From Nageia nagi (Eukaryota; Plantae; Pinophyta), in contig JBITNC010000002.1 of NCBI GenBank assembly GCA_050084985.1, positions 62,001 to 126,000 of the forward strand: 64,000 bases of DNA, written 5' to 3'. Position numbers and translations under genes: made by a program. Below are positions 1 to 10,239 of the stretch, in pieces; the stretch's first letter is position 1, and each line of letters begins with the position of its first letter. The notes under the pieces were generated by a model. It saw nothing but the letters and a program-made list of their open reading frames with translations, was not told the DNA's origin and searched no databases.

Positions 1-17
1 TTTTCGCTATCTTGACA

Positions 18-1706
18 ATGGCCCACAATAATCAACGGATCGCCTCACGAATTGGGTCCTCGAACCCTCTCTCCCATGGCGATCACCAACAATGCACTCC
101 AAGCAAACGGTTGAGGGCAGAGACCGGTGAACCAGTTCCTGTGGCTGCGCCTCTTGCTATCTATGATAACAACACCCAACGAGGCAAGTTCTTTCCTGCC
201 CATGGCCCTTCATCCTTACCTGCTGACTTGGAGCGCACCCTACACCTTTTGAATGAGCGATTGAGCAAGATTGAAGGAGCCACGCGTATCATGGATGAGG
301 CCACTGATAATAGGTTCTGTAATGTGAGCGAACGATTGGAGCGGATTGATGAACGTTGTATGGATCGATTCGAGTTGCTATCCGTCCAGTTGCAACATGT
401 CATCCGTGCTCTCCCCTCCACATCGAGTGCGCCACCTCCACAAAATGATACCTCTGCTCTTCAACCTGGCACTTGCTCACAACCACAACCTGCCAACGCC
501 CCTCAACCTCCTCCGTCTACCACGCAACCGCACAGGCCACAAGAACCTCGCATTCATCGCGAGCCACAAGAACCCTGCTCCCCCGATCGTGATGTTGATG
601 GAAATGTGGAAATGGCGGATGGCATTGGAAATACTGAACCTCCATCGCGTGTTGGAAATGTGGATGATTCTCATAATGCTAGAAACTCTGAAACTCCATC
701 GCACGTTGAGGTATTCCCTTCACCAATCGCTGTTTTGATCAATGCCTCCTTTGATGAATACAAGCGACGCTGCTTGCAGGCTGAGCGCTCGCACAACTAC
801 GTTCTCAAGCTGAAGAAGCATAAAGAGGATGGCACTTTACCAAAGTGTTTAATGATTAAAGCCCCTAAAGTCACCATCAATGATGATGAAGGAAATGCAG
901 TCTTCACCACTTGCCTGGAGTCTGCGCAACGTACAGCGAACATGGAATTCCTAAAAGGCATGATCACAGGAATGGAGAAAGCAGCCTCCAATCATAAACT
1001 AGCGATCATTGCCGTTACAAATTCCTTCAAAACAACATTGAGGGATGCCATCTCTGTTGTGGAAAATGCTAACGTGATAGAGTCTCACTCCATTCCTTCG
1101 ACGGGATGGTTTGAAGCTGCAGTAGCTTCTTATGGAAATAAATGCACTCAATGGATGCTGCAACATGTCCTTAAGAAAAGTGCCCAAGAGAGTGCTGCTG
1201 CTGCTCGTCAAGAAGCCCATGATACGGCCCAAGAGGAGGCTGATCGGATGCCCACCGAAGCCTCAGTTGCTCAACTGATCAACAAGAATTTTCAATCCTT
1301 GCAACATTCCATCCAGCAAGAATTGAAGGAGATCAAAGCTTTCGTTGGTTTCAAACCTTCTGCTCAACAGCCTGCAAAGAAAAAGAAGGCCAATAAAGTA
1401 AAAAACACCCAAGCTCTGCCAAAAAACGGGAATGGATCCGGGGACCTTCCCCGGAATACCACTTCAACTGTCTCTGGACAGTTGCCATCAAAGCCAAAGT
1501 ATAAATCCCGAAAGAAGCAGATGCCTGCCCAATCTGCTGGGCAAAGTGGTGGATCCAACGTAAACATTTCTGCCCCCCAGAAAGCAGCAACCCAACAAAC
1601 CAACACATCCGGTGGCAAGAGGAAACGAAGGCGCAACAGGAAGAAGAAGAGCGGCCAAAACTTGCAGAATACCAACAAGTCTGCAAACGCCAACGTTTCC
1701 GGATAA
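18..1706 (+). CDS. PLE ORF1 protein (predicted coiled-coil segments, Pro-rich linker, basic NLS-like C-terminus)
   Basis: Open frame from ATG at 18 (MAHNN); KKKKANK and KRKRRRNRKKK tracts; homologous to decayed ORF1 of element B (GSSNP, GTLPK..IKAP..TIND.E, LIN). Confidence 0.8.
   Translation: MAHNNQRIASRIGSSNPLSHGDHQQCTPSKRLRAETGEPVPVAAPLAIYDNNTQRGKFFPAHGPSSLPADLERTLHLLNERLSKIEGATRIMDEATDNRFCNVSERLERIDERCMDRFELLSVQLQHVIRALPSTSSAPPPQNDTSALQPGTCSQPQPANAPQPPPSTTQPHRPQEPRIHREPQEPCSPDRDVDGNVEMADGIGNTEPPSRVGNVDDSHNARNSETPSHVEVFPSPIAVLINASFDEYKRRCLQAERSHNYVLKLKKHKEDGTLPKCLMIKAPKVTINDDEGNAVFTTCLESAQRTANMEFLKGMITGMEKAASNHKLAIIAVTNSFKTTLRDAISVVENANVIESHSIPSTGWFEAAVASYGNKCTQWMLQHVLKKSAQESAAAARQEAHDTAQEEADRMPTEASVAQLINKNFQSLQHSIQQELKEIKAFVGFKPSAQQPAKKKKANKVKNTQALPKNGNGSGDLPRNTTSTVSGQLPSKPKYKSRKKQMPAQSAGQSGGSNVNISAPQKAATQQTNTSGGKRKRRRNRKKKSGQNLQNTNKSANANVSG
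1421..1455 (+). promoter_or_regulatory. -1 programmed ribosomal frameshift signal
   Basis: A_AAA_AAC heptamer 1421-1427 in ORF1 codon phase (CCA AAA AAC), then hairpin TCCGGGGA-CCT-TCCCCGGA 1437-1455; the -1 frame is the RT frame; conserved in element B. Confidence 0.85.
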
Positions 1707-3625
1707 ATCTATGGGGCGCGGTGGTGGATCCAAAACAGTTTGCCCTCATCATTTTCTCAAGAAAATTACCTTCTGATATTGACCTTCGGATTACTAATTT
1801 TGTAATCCATAATCTGTCAAGTAGAAGGCTCAGTTATGAGGATAAAAAATTGCTTGGTTTGGGAATCAAATTCATCCCACGTCCACCACCTATGACTGAA
1901 GATCTAATGCATGTTGAATTTCGGGCTTTTATTCGAAAGCTCAGACTTCGTGCATACTTTGGACCTGATCCAGTTTTATCTCCACAACCTGATGCCAGGC
2001 CTGATCTTCAACCTTTCTTTGGCATTTTTCCCTTCAAGATTCCTAAGTCTAATTGGAATCCCATAGAGGTGCATCATGAATTGGAGGCTATCATACGGGA
2101 AAGCGAAATTGAGTTCAAGGAGCGCATCTCGCACTGTGATTTCACCAAGCTTCCTCCCCTCCCAAGGAGATTTCTCCGAAGTCTGAAGCTTCTTCGCAAG
2201 GATCGCAGCATCATCATAAAACCAGCTGATAAAAATCTGGGCCTTTATGTCATGGATAAATCCTGGTATGTCAATGAAGGGCTTAGGCAACTCTCTAATG
2301 CTGCTGTTTATCTCAAGGTTTTGGAGGTACCTTGGCGCCTGATCTGGAATAAGCTCAACCATTTCATTGGCCTATCAGAATTACTGAAGCCCATCAGGAG
2401 CTTTCTGCTCAAGAACTTGGCTTCCAAGGGACGCCCATGCGCTTTCTTCTTGCTGCCAAAGATTCACAAGCCCCTCCTTGTGGGTAGACCAATTTGTTCT
2501 TACTCGGGATACATTCTTGAACCAACCTCCAGATTGTTGCATTCTCTTTTGCTGCCTGTCCTCATGAAATAAGAAACGCACCTGAAGGACTCTGTCTCCC
2601 TCTTACGTGATCTTTCCTCCATGAGGCTTCCTACGGACTGTTGGCTCTTCACATTTGATGTCGAATCTCTTTATCCAAGTATTCCAACTGATGCTGGACT
2701 ACACGCCCTCCGTAGTACACTAGCAGCTTTCCTTGCCGATAATAATCTCCACGTCTCCCTCCTGGATATCATCATAGGACTGGCAGAATTAGTTTTGACA
2801 GAACACTATCTTGAATTCGATGGGGGAATTTATCGGCAAATCCGTGGTACAGCGATGGGGTCCAACTTCGCCGTGGTTTATGCTTGCTTATTCCTGTGCG
2901 AGCTTGAAAGACATGTGTTTCAACATATTAACCTGGCGAATCTGCTGTATTTCAAAAGATATGTAGATGATGCGTTTGGGATATGGGTGGGCTCCAAAGA
3001 CTCTTTGCAAGATTTTTTTGAACGTTACCAGATTGTCTTCCCAGAGATCAATATCACGCCTTGTGTGTCTCAGCTCTCTGTTGACATTCTTGATATAACA
3101 TTCTTCAAAGGTGAAAGTTTTGCTTCCTCTGGCATCCTGTCCACGAAGTTGTTTCAAAAACCTCTGAATGCGTATCAATATATCCCTTTCATTTCCTGGC
3201 ATCCTCTTCATCAGAAGAAAGCATTTGTTGTCAACGAGCTACGAAGGTATCTGCTGAGAGAATCACATTCAAGTGGTTTCATGGAGCTCAAGAAAAATTT
3301 CTTTCTTAGATTGAGGGCCAGAGGATACCTAAGGGGATTTCTGCTTCGTTGTTTTAGCAAAGTTACTTGGAGAGATAAACAAGAGCTTCTTTCTCGCCTT
3401 CATACAATTCGAGGAAGAAAACGGACCCCCCTGGTTTTCAAGCTCGACTTCAGCACTTCAGCGAAGGACTTAGACTTGGGGGTTTTCCTAAACCCTAAAC
3501 TCCATAGGCGTTGCCAAGAAGTTCCGGCTCTTACTTGCATCCCTCCTCCTATAATTTGCTGGCGAAATCCAAGAAAGCTTGGATCATTTCTGATACGAAG
3601 CAGATTTCATAGTTCAAATACTTAA
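1427..3625 (+). pseudogene. PLE ORF2: putative Zn-finger plus Penelope-type reverse transcriptase, two premature TAA stops (1502, 2570)
   Basis: Motifs IKPADKNLG, LPKIHK, GRPI, FDVESLYPSI, GTAMGS, RYVDD, LDITF; both TAAs align to Gln CAA codons in element B. Confidence 0.9.
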
Positions 3626-4067
3626 ATATTTAAATATTTAATTTTAATCATAGATTAAATACTTAAATATTTAATTTTAATCATTTTTCAATTTTTTTAA
3701 AAATTGATTTTTAAAATTGATTTTTTTTAAAATTGATTTTTGATTATTAATATTAATGATTTTTAAATGATTATGTTAATCATTTTTAAATGATTTTATT
3801 AATCATTTTTAAATGATTTCATTAATCATTTTTAATCATTTTTATTACTAAATATTTAAATATTTAAATATTTTAATATTTATGGAAGAAATTTCACATG
3901 GATGAAGTGGAAAGTAAAAGGTGTTTTCTCACTTCGTCCTCACTTGAGAATAGGAGCTGAATGGTTTTCCTCATGTTGTCTTCTTGTGCAACTAAAAAAC
4001 CAACAAATCTCTCCTTTTCTCCTATTTATTTGACATAATTTCATTGTAAAACCATTCCAAAGTGCAA

Positions 4068-4109
4068 GTGCAACTGATGAGGCTTAATGAGCCGAAACTA
4101 GTTTTGCAT
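4068..4109 (+). ncRNA. Minimal type I hammerhead ribozyme (element A 3' UTR)
   Basis: GTGCAA-CTGATGA-GGCT taatg AGCC-GAAA-CTAG-TT-TTGCAT: intact core, stems I and II, palindromic stem III, GUU cleavage triplet. Confidence 0.85.
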
Positions 4110-4227
4110 GCAACCTTTGTAAGTTTTTGTAATTTTCCATTAATGAAAATTGCAAATTATTTTTCTTTGATTTTTGTCAATCTTTCAATTCTGATGTTGA
4201 ATTATTGAAAGCAGCCAGTCATCTGGT

Positions 4228-4395
4228 AAATTTTTTATATAGTCTTAAATTTTTTATATAGTCAAAAAATTTTTATATAGTCTTAAAATTTTTTATATAG
4301 TCTTAAATTTTTTATATAGTCTTAAATTTTTTATATAGTCTTAAAATTTTTTATATAGTCTTAAATTTTTTATATAGTCTTAAATTTTTTATATA
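4228..4395 (+). repeat. ~21-bp tandem repeat (AATTTTTTATATAGTCTTA[A]), ~8 copies, at 3' end of element A
   Basis: Direct reading. Confidence 0.9.
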
Positions 4396-4800
4396 ACCTA
4401 AACCTAAACCCTAAACCCTAAATAACCCTAAACCCTAAACCCTAAAACCCTAAAACCCTAACCTAAACCCTAAACCCTAAACCCTAAACCCTAAAACCCT
4501 AAACCCTAAACCCTAAACCCTAAACCCTAAACCCTAAACCACCTTAAAACCCTAAACCCTAAACCCTAAACCTTAAACCCTAAACCCTAAACCCTAAACC
4601 CTAAACCTAAAACCCTAAACCCTAAACCTCTAAAACCCTAAACCCTAAACCCTAAACCCTAAACCCTAAACCCTAAACCCTAAAAACCCTAAAACCCTAA
4701 ACCCTAAACCCTAAAAACCCTAAACCCTAAACCCTAAACCCTAAACCCTAAACCCTAAATCCCTAAAACCCTAAAAACCCTAAAACCCTAAACCCTAAAC
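4396..4800 (+). repeat. Telomeric repeat tract (CCCTAAA)n
   Basis: Plant telomere motif, C-rich on + strand. Confidence 0.97.
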
Positions 4801-5458
4801 CCTGAACTACATCGGCTTTGCCAACAAGTTCCCGCTCTGCAATCCCTTCCACTCCCGATCGTGTGCTGGCGCAACCCAAGAAAATTGGGTAGTTTTTTGA
4901 TGAAGAGTAGATTTGATTAATTAATTAATTATTAATTAATTAATTAATTAATTATTAATAATAATAATTATTAATAATTAATAATTAATATTTTTTAATT
5001 ATTAATTATTAAATAATTATTTATTAAATATTTTTTATTAAATATTTTATTGTAATAGGTTGGCATACGATTAACGGTGCCAACACGATTTGTATTGAAT
5101 TGTCAACACGGTTTGTAATGAATTGGCATACGGTTATCGGTGCCAACACGGTTTGTAATGAGTTGGCATACGGTTATCGATGCCGACACGGTTTGTATTG
5201 TAATGTGTTGTGGGTTTCAAGAAACCATAACCCTAATTAGGGTTTTTGTGTTTCTTTTATATATGTAAGGTTATGTACGAGTTTTCTCATAGAGTGCAAC
5301 TGATGAGGAGTAAATCTCCGAAACCGGTCTTGCACAGCTCTTTGAGAAGTAATTATAGAATTTTCCTTGAATTTTTTCTATAATATTGTTCAATTTCCTT
5401 ACATCTTTTTTGGAAGCTGCCGAGTGTTTTTCTTAATTTTTTAAGTAACCCTAATTTT
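4792..5458 (+). repeat. 5' pseudo-LTR (5'-truncated tandem copy of element B 3' end)
   Basis: Near-identical to 9643-10265; starts inside RT codons LNPELHR. Confidence 0.92.
5294..5335 (+). ncRNA. Minimal type I hammerhead ribozyme (element B, 5' pLTR)
   Basis: GTGCAA-CTGATGA-GGAG taaat CTCC-GAAA-CCGG-TC-TTGCAC; GUC cleavage triplet; flanks extend stem I (TTCTCA..GAG / CTC..TGAGAA). Confidence 0.92.
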
Positions 5459-5470
5459 TCTGAATACACG

Positions 5471-7845
5471 ATGGCCACCAAAAATTCTATTTCCGCTCGA
5501 TAAGAAGGATCTTCGAATCCTTCGACATCAGGCGGCCCACAACAAATTGTTCCTGCAGAGAATAAAAGATAGAAGTTCGAGGATGGAGTTATTCGTAACA
5601 CTGAAGCGCGCTCGCACCAGTTAGCGCTCCAGGGATCTGCAGCAGATACCGAGCAAGCTATTATAATCGGTACTCCAAATGAACCAGGGCACTCCAAAGA
5701 TCACTCTTTTATCCAGATCCAGAAAAAGCTACAACGAGTTGATCATTCATTTCAATACATGGAGGAGAAAATGAAACGCATGGAGGAAGTGGCGGATAAA
5801 CGGTATGAGGAATATATAGATAGAATGGAAAGAATGGAGGAGAGAGCCACCGATCGTTACGAAACCATAACGGTTCAGATCCAACATGCACTCATGAGGT
5901 TGGGTGCGTTCGCACATACACAGGGTGCAGCTCATCATGACATGCAAAGCTCGCAGAATGAAGAAGGGTCAGGCGTGGACAGAGTGCCAGCCACTCCATT
6001 CACCAACCACGACGTTTTTGAAAATGTCACTCCTCCGGTTCACGTTTGCGTGCATGGTGCGGGTGCAGTCCACGATTACATGCAGGGTGCAGGTACAGTA
6101 GGTGCCAACATCAATGCATAGTCCCTCCATGACGTAGCGCAGCTCATGCAATCCCACGACGTAGCGCAGCCCATGCAATCATGCGTTCCTCCTTTTCAAA
6201 ATGTGCACGATGTTTTAAACGCGCACGATGTTCTTCAAAACACGTCCGTTGACCATGCACATGCTCCACGATTCCAAAACGCATCCGATCTTCCACAGCA
6301 GGCGACGAACGTGACTGGAGAACTACGTCAGGTATTGGATCCCACCCGTTATGCCACGCACGCGATACATACCACGTCTGCAGCTGCCCAGACCCAGCGT
6401 GCGACAGTCCAACGTCGCCATTTCATGCATGACAGGGAAGGGGTCGGGGATGGAGAACCAAATCGTGCGGAAGGAGATTCAAATCGTGCACGAGTGAATG
6501 AAGATCGAAATAATGGAGATAACGGAGGACGACCCCATCACCACCACAGAATATGGAAGAAGATGTGCCTCCAGTTAATGAAGAGCTGCCTTATCCCACA
6601 TCCATTGCTTCCCTCATTTCTGCATCGTTTAATGAATACAAGCGACTATTTTTGCAAGCAGAGAGGTCCGAGGATTATGTAAAATGACTGCGCCTGCACA
6701 AAGATAATGGAACTTTGCCAAAAATTCTGCAGATCAAGGCGCCCAGTCTCACCATCAACGACGGAGAAGCTCAAGCTGCCATGAGCTCCGCCTTTGATGA
6801 AGTGCAGAGAGAAGCTAATCAGTTATTTTTAAATGCATTTATATCTAGCATCGAGAAAGCTAATGCTAATCATCTCCAGTTAGTACCGGCTACCGTCTGA
6901 GCTTTCTCAACAACTCTGAATGAAGCCATTAATGCTGCACTGCAGATTCTGTATATCGGGACTTTTTCCATTCCATGGGAAGAATGGAAAATAGCAGCGC
7001 AAAAGAAGTTTGATGAGAAATGTAATAACTGGCTGCTAAGTCATTCACTCCGGAAAAGCGCCAGAGAATAAGCTGAGCTAACTCGGTAGAAAGCTCAGGA
7101 TGCTGCAATGAAGGAGGCTGATCAGTTGCCAACCGAACCCTCCATCAACAGACTCATCAATGAAAAAGTCAATCAAGCTGTTTCAGCTCTTCAGAAGGAG
7201 ATGCGCAAGCTTTTTGAACACAAGCCAAACGCTTCTAAAAAGAAGAGTCAACAACAGCAACAACTTTAGCAGAATATACCTCCTCCTAAGCAACAACAGA
7301 AAAAGAAGCAGCAACAGCAGCAGCAGCAGTCGAAACAGCAGAAGGTACCTTTGGTAAAAAGGCAACAATCGAGGTAGCAGCAGTATCAGCAACAGAAGCA
7401 ACAGCAACTGAGACAGCAGCAACAGCAGCAGAAGCAACAACAACCGAGACAACAGCAGAAGCAACAACAAGAGTCGAGGTCAAAAAACGGGTTTGCTTCC
7501 AGGGACCTTCCCCGGAATGCCATCTCCACTGCTTATGGACCATCGCAATTTGCGAAAAAGTCCAACCCTCGACTGATGAAAGAGCCTGTCCGATTTGCTG
7601 GACATCCTGGTGGCTCAAGGCACACCACCCGCTCTGTGATCCCCAGTTGGCAGAACCCTCATTCAAAAGGGTTAAGAGGAGAACCCTACAGCAACAGCAC
7701 AGGGTATCCTCGAGTTCACAGCAGCAGCAGCAGGCCACCTCGCAGGATGAATCCTCTGCAGAACTACAACTTCAGTAGACCCTCCAGCAACAGGTTCCCA
7801 GATCGCAGAGTCCATTGGCCGATGGAAGAACCCGCTTCAGGATAA
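5471..7845 (+). pseudogene. Decayed PLE ORF1 of element B with poly-Gln expansion
   Basis: ATG at 5471 (MATKNSISAR*EGSSNP); fragments align to element A ORF1; several C>T-type stops and frameshifts; CAG/CAA tract ~7245-7470. Confidence 0.8.
7482..7517 (+). promoter_or_regulatory. -1 programmed ribosomal frameshift signal (element B)
   Basis: A_AAA_AAC 7482-7488 in ORF1 phase (TCA AAA AAC); hairpin TTCC(A)GGGA-CCT-TCCC(C)GGAA 7497-7517. Confidence 0.85.
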
Positions 7846-9771
7846 ACTCCTGGGGGGTGGTGATCAAGCCTCGTCTTCTTGCTCTCGTGTACTTTTCTCA
7901 AAAAACGGCTGCGGAGATTGATAATAGGATTACCAATCCGGTAATCCATAATCTCTCCCACCGTTATTTAAGTTGCGATGACCTGAGGCTTCTAGGCTTG
8001 GGTGTCAAGTTTATTCCACGACCACCACCCATGACTGCTGACAAGATGCGTTTGGAGTTTAGAGCATTTGCTCGAAGACTTAGGTTGCGTGTCTTTTTTG
8101 GTGCCAAAGATGTAAACAGGGAAGCTGAAAATTGTCCAGAGCCAAGATATCAACATGAGCTTCTACCTTTCCGAGGAGTGTTTCCCTTCAGTATGCCGAA
8201 GCCATGGTGGAATCCGTAGGAAGTAAATATGGATCTTGAAGAAGTAATTCGGAAGGGAGAGAGCATGTTTGTGGATCTGCTTTCTCGGTGCTCTTTTGTT
8301 AAGCTTCCTCCACTCCCGCGCGGACTTATGAGAAGCCTAAAGCTTTTACGCAAAGATTCCAGCATCATCATCAAGCCGGCGGATAAGAATTTGGGCCTTG
8401 TATTTCTTGATCGATCCTGGTATGTTTCAGAAGGATTAAGGTAACTTTCTGATGAGAAGGTTTATTGCAGGATTGCAGAGGTTCCTTGGAGGTTGATATG
8501 GCACAAGCTGAAGTACTACATCGGGCAATCAAAACTCTTCAAAGGAATTGAGGGTTTCCTTTTGAAGAATCCAATTTCCTGTGCGCGTCCTTGCGCTTTC
8601 TTTTTGTTGCCCAAGATCCATAAACCCGTTCTGGTAGGAAGGCCCATTTGTTCTTACACGGGATATCTTCTTGAACCTGCATCCAGATTGTTGCATTCAC
8701 TTCTGCTGCCTGTATTACTTAGCCAAAAATTTCATCTCAAAGATTCTCTCACCTTGCTCAAAGAAGTCTCCGTGATTCAAGTCCCGCAGAGTTGCCTCCT
8801 CTTCACATTTGATGTTGAATCACTTTACCCAAGCATCCCCACACAGGTTGGACTTCAGGCACTCCGGATTATGCTTTCTACTTTCATGATACAGAACGGG
8901 CTCGACATGGGTTTGTTTGAGCTTATCATCAGTTTGGCAGAGTTAGTTCTCACTGAGCACTATCTGGAGTTTAATGGAGGAATATTTAAGCAAATTCGAG
9001 GGACAGCAATGGGAAAGTAACTTTGCCGTGGTTTATGCCTGCCTCTTCTTGTGCCATTTGGAGATGCAGGTTATCGAAAGCTTTGATGACTCCAATTTGC
9101 TATATTACAAGAGATATGTGGATGATGCTTTTGGTATCTGGACAGGTTCTGAAGAAACTTTGCAGGATTTCTTCAGACATTATCAGAGTATTCATGCGGA
9201 AATTAAGATTACCCCTGTTGTCTCCTATTCGGAAGTGGACATTCTGGATGTTACTTTCTTCAAAGGAAGGAATTTTGATATTACTGGAGTTCTTTCTACA
9301 AGGTGCTTTCAAAAACCATTGAATGCCTATCAGTACATTCCATACAGATCTTGGCATCCTCTGCATCAGAAGAGATCATTTGTTATCAATGAGTTACGAA
9401 GGTACCTACTCAGAGAGTCAGATCCTGCAGGCTTTTTGGAGCTGAAGAAGAATTTTTTCCGCAGACTTCGAGCAAGAGGTTATCCAACCAAGTTTCTACT
9501 CTATTGTTTCAGCAAGGTCACATTGGGAGATAAAACAGAGCTTCTCTCTCGTTTGCAGTCAACTACTCGAGGGGGAAAGAGGACCCCCCTTGTCTTCAAG
9601 CTTAACTTTAGCAAATCTGCTAAAGACTTGGACTTGGGGGCTACCCTAAACCCTGAACTACATCGGCTCTGCCAACAAGTTCCCGCTCTGCAATCCCTTC
9701 CACTCCCGATCGTGTGCTGGCGTAACCCAAGAAAATTGGGTAGTTTTTTGATGAAGAGTAGATTTGATTAA
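7488..9771 (+). pseudogene. PLE ORF2 (putative Zn-finger + RT) of element B, with stops and one frameshift
   Basis: IKPADKNLG, LPKIHK, FDVESLYPSI, GTAMG/SNFA (extra A near 9015), RYVDD; TAG/TAA at ~7776, ~8217, ~8442. Confidence 0.9.
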
Positions 9772-10099
9772 TTAATAATAATAATAATTATTAATAATTA
9801 ATAATTAATATTTTTTAATTATTAATTATTAAATAATTATTTATTAAATATTTTATTGTAATAGGTTGGCATACGATTAACGGTGCCAACACGATTTGTA
9901 TTGAATTGTCAACACGATTTGTAATGAATTGGCATACGGTTATCGGTGCCAACACGGTTTGTAATGAGTTGGCATACGGTTATCGGTGCCGACACGGTTT
10001 GTATTGTAATGTGTTGTGGGTTTCAAGAAACCATAACCCTAATTAGGGTTTTTGTGTTTCTTTTATATATGTAAGGTTATGTACGAGTTTTCTCATAGA

Positions 10100-10141
10100 G
10101 TGCAACTGATGAGGAGTAAATCTCCGAAACCGGTCTTGCAC
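10100..10141 (+). ncRNA. Minimal type I hammerhead ribozyme (element B, 3' pLTR)
   Basis: Identical core to 5294-5335. Confidence 0.92.
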
Positions 10142-10239
10142 AGCTTCTTTGAGAAGTAATTATAGAATTTTCCTTGAATTTTTTCTATAATATTGTTCAA
10201 TTTCCTTACATCTTTTTTGGAAGCTGCCGAGTGTTTTTC

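Larger units (their letters stand above)
1..4395 (+). mobile_element. Endonuclease-deficient, telomere-associated Penelope-like retroelement, family A (5' end cut by window edge)
   Basis: ORF1 plus PLE-type RT ending at CWRNPRKLGSFLIRSRF with no GIY-YIG; AT-rich 3' UTR with hammerhead ribozyme; 3' tandem repeats joined directly to (CCCTAAA)n. Confidence 0.9.

Noticed and set aside
1695-1720. Frameshift or reinitiation at the shared GGATAAA ORF1 stop
   Set aside because: Not a canonical slippery site; conservation is explained by RFRIN coding in the -1 frame, which starts at the upstream A_AAA_AAC
2570-2572. Programmed readthrough or selenocysteine in RT
   Set aside because: Codon is TAA, not TGA, and is CAA in element B; simple mutation is more likely
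1721-3625. Telomerase reverse transcriptase (TERT) gene
   Set aside because: Intronless, multicopy, no recognisable TEN/T motif; DK(N)LG, LPKIHK and GTAMGS motifs plus pLTR/HHR indicate a PLE
3560-3900. C-terminal GIY-YIG endonuclease
   Set aside because: RT frame stops at 3625 (and 9771 in B) and is followed by non-coding AT-rich sequence
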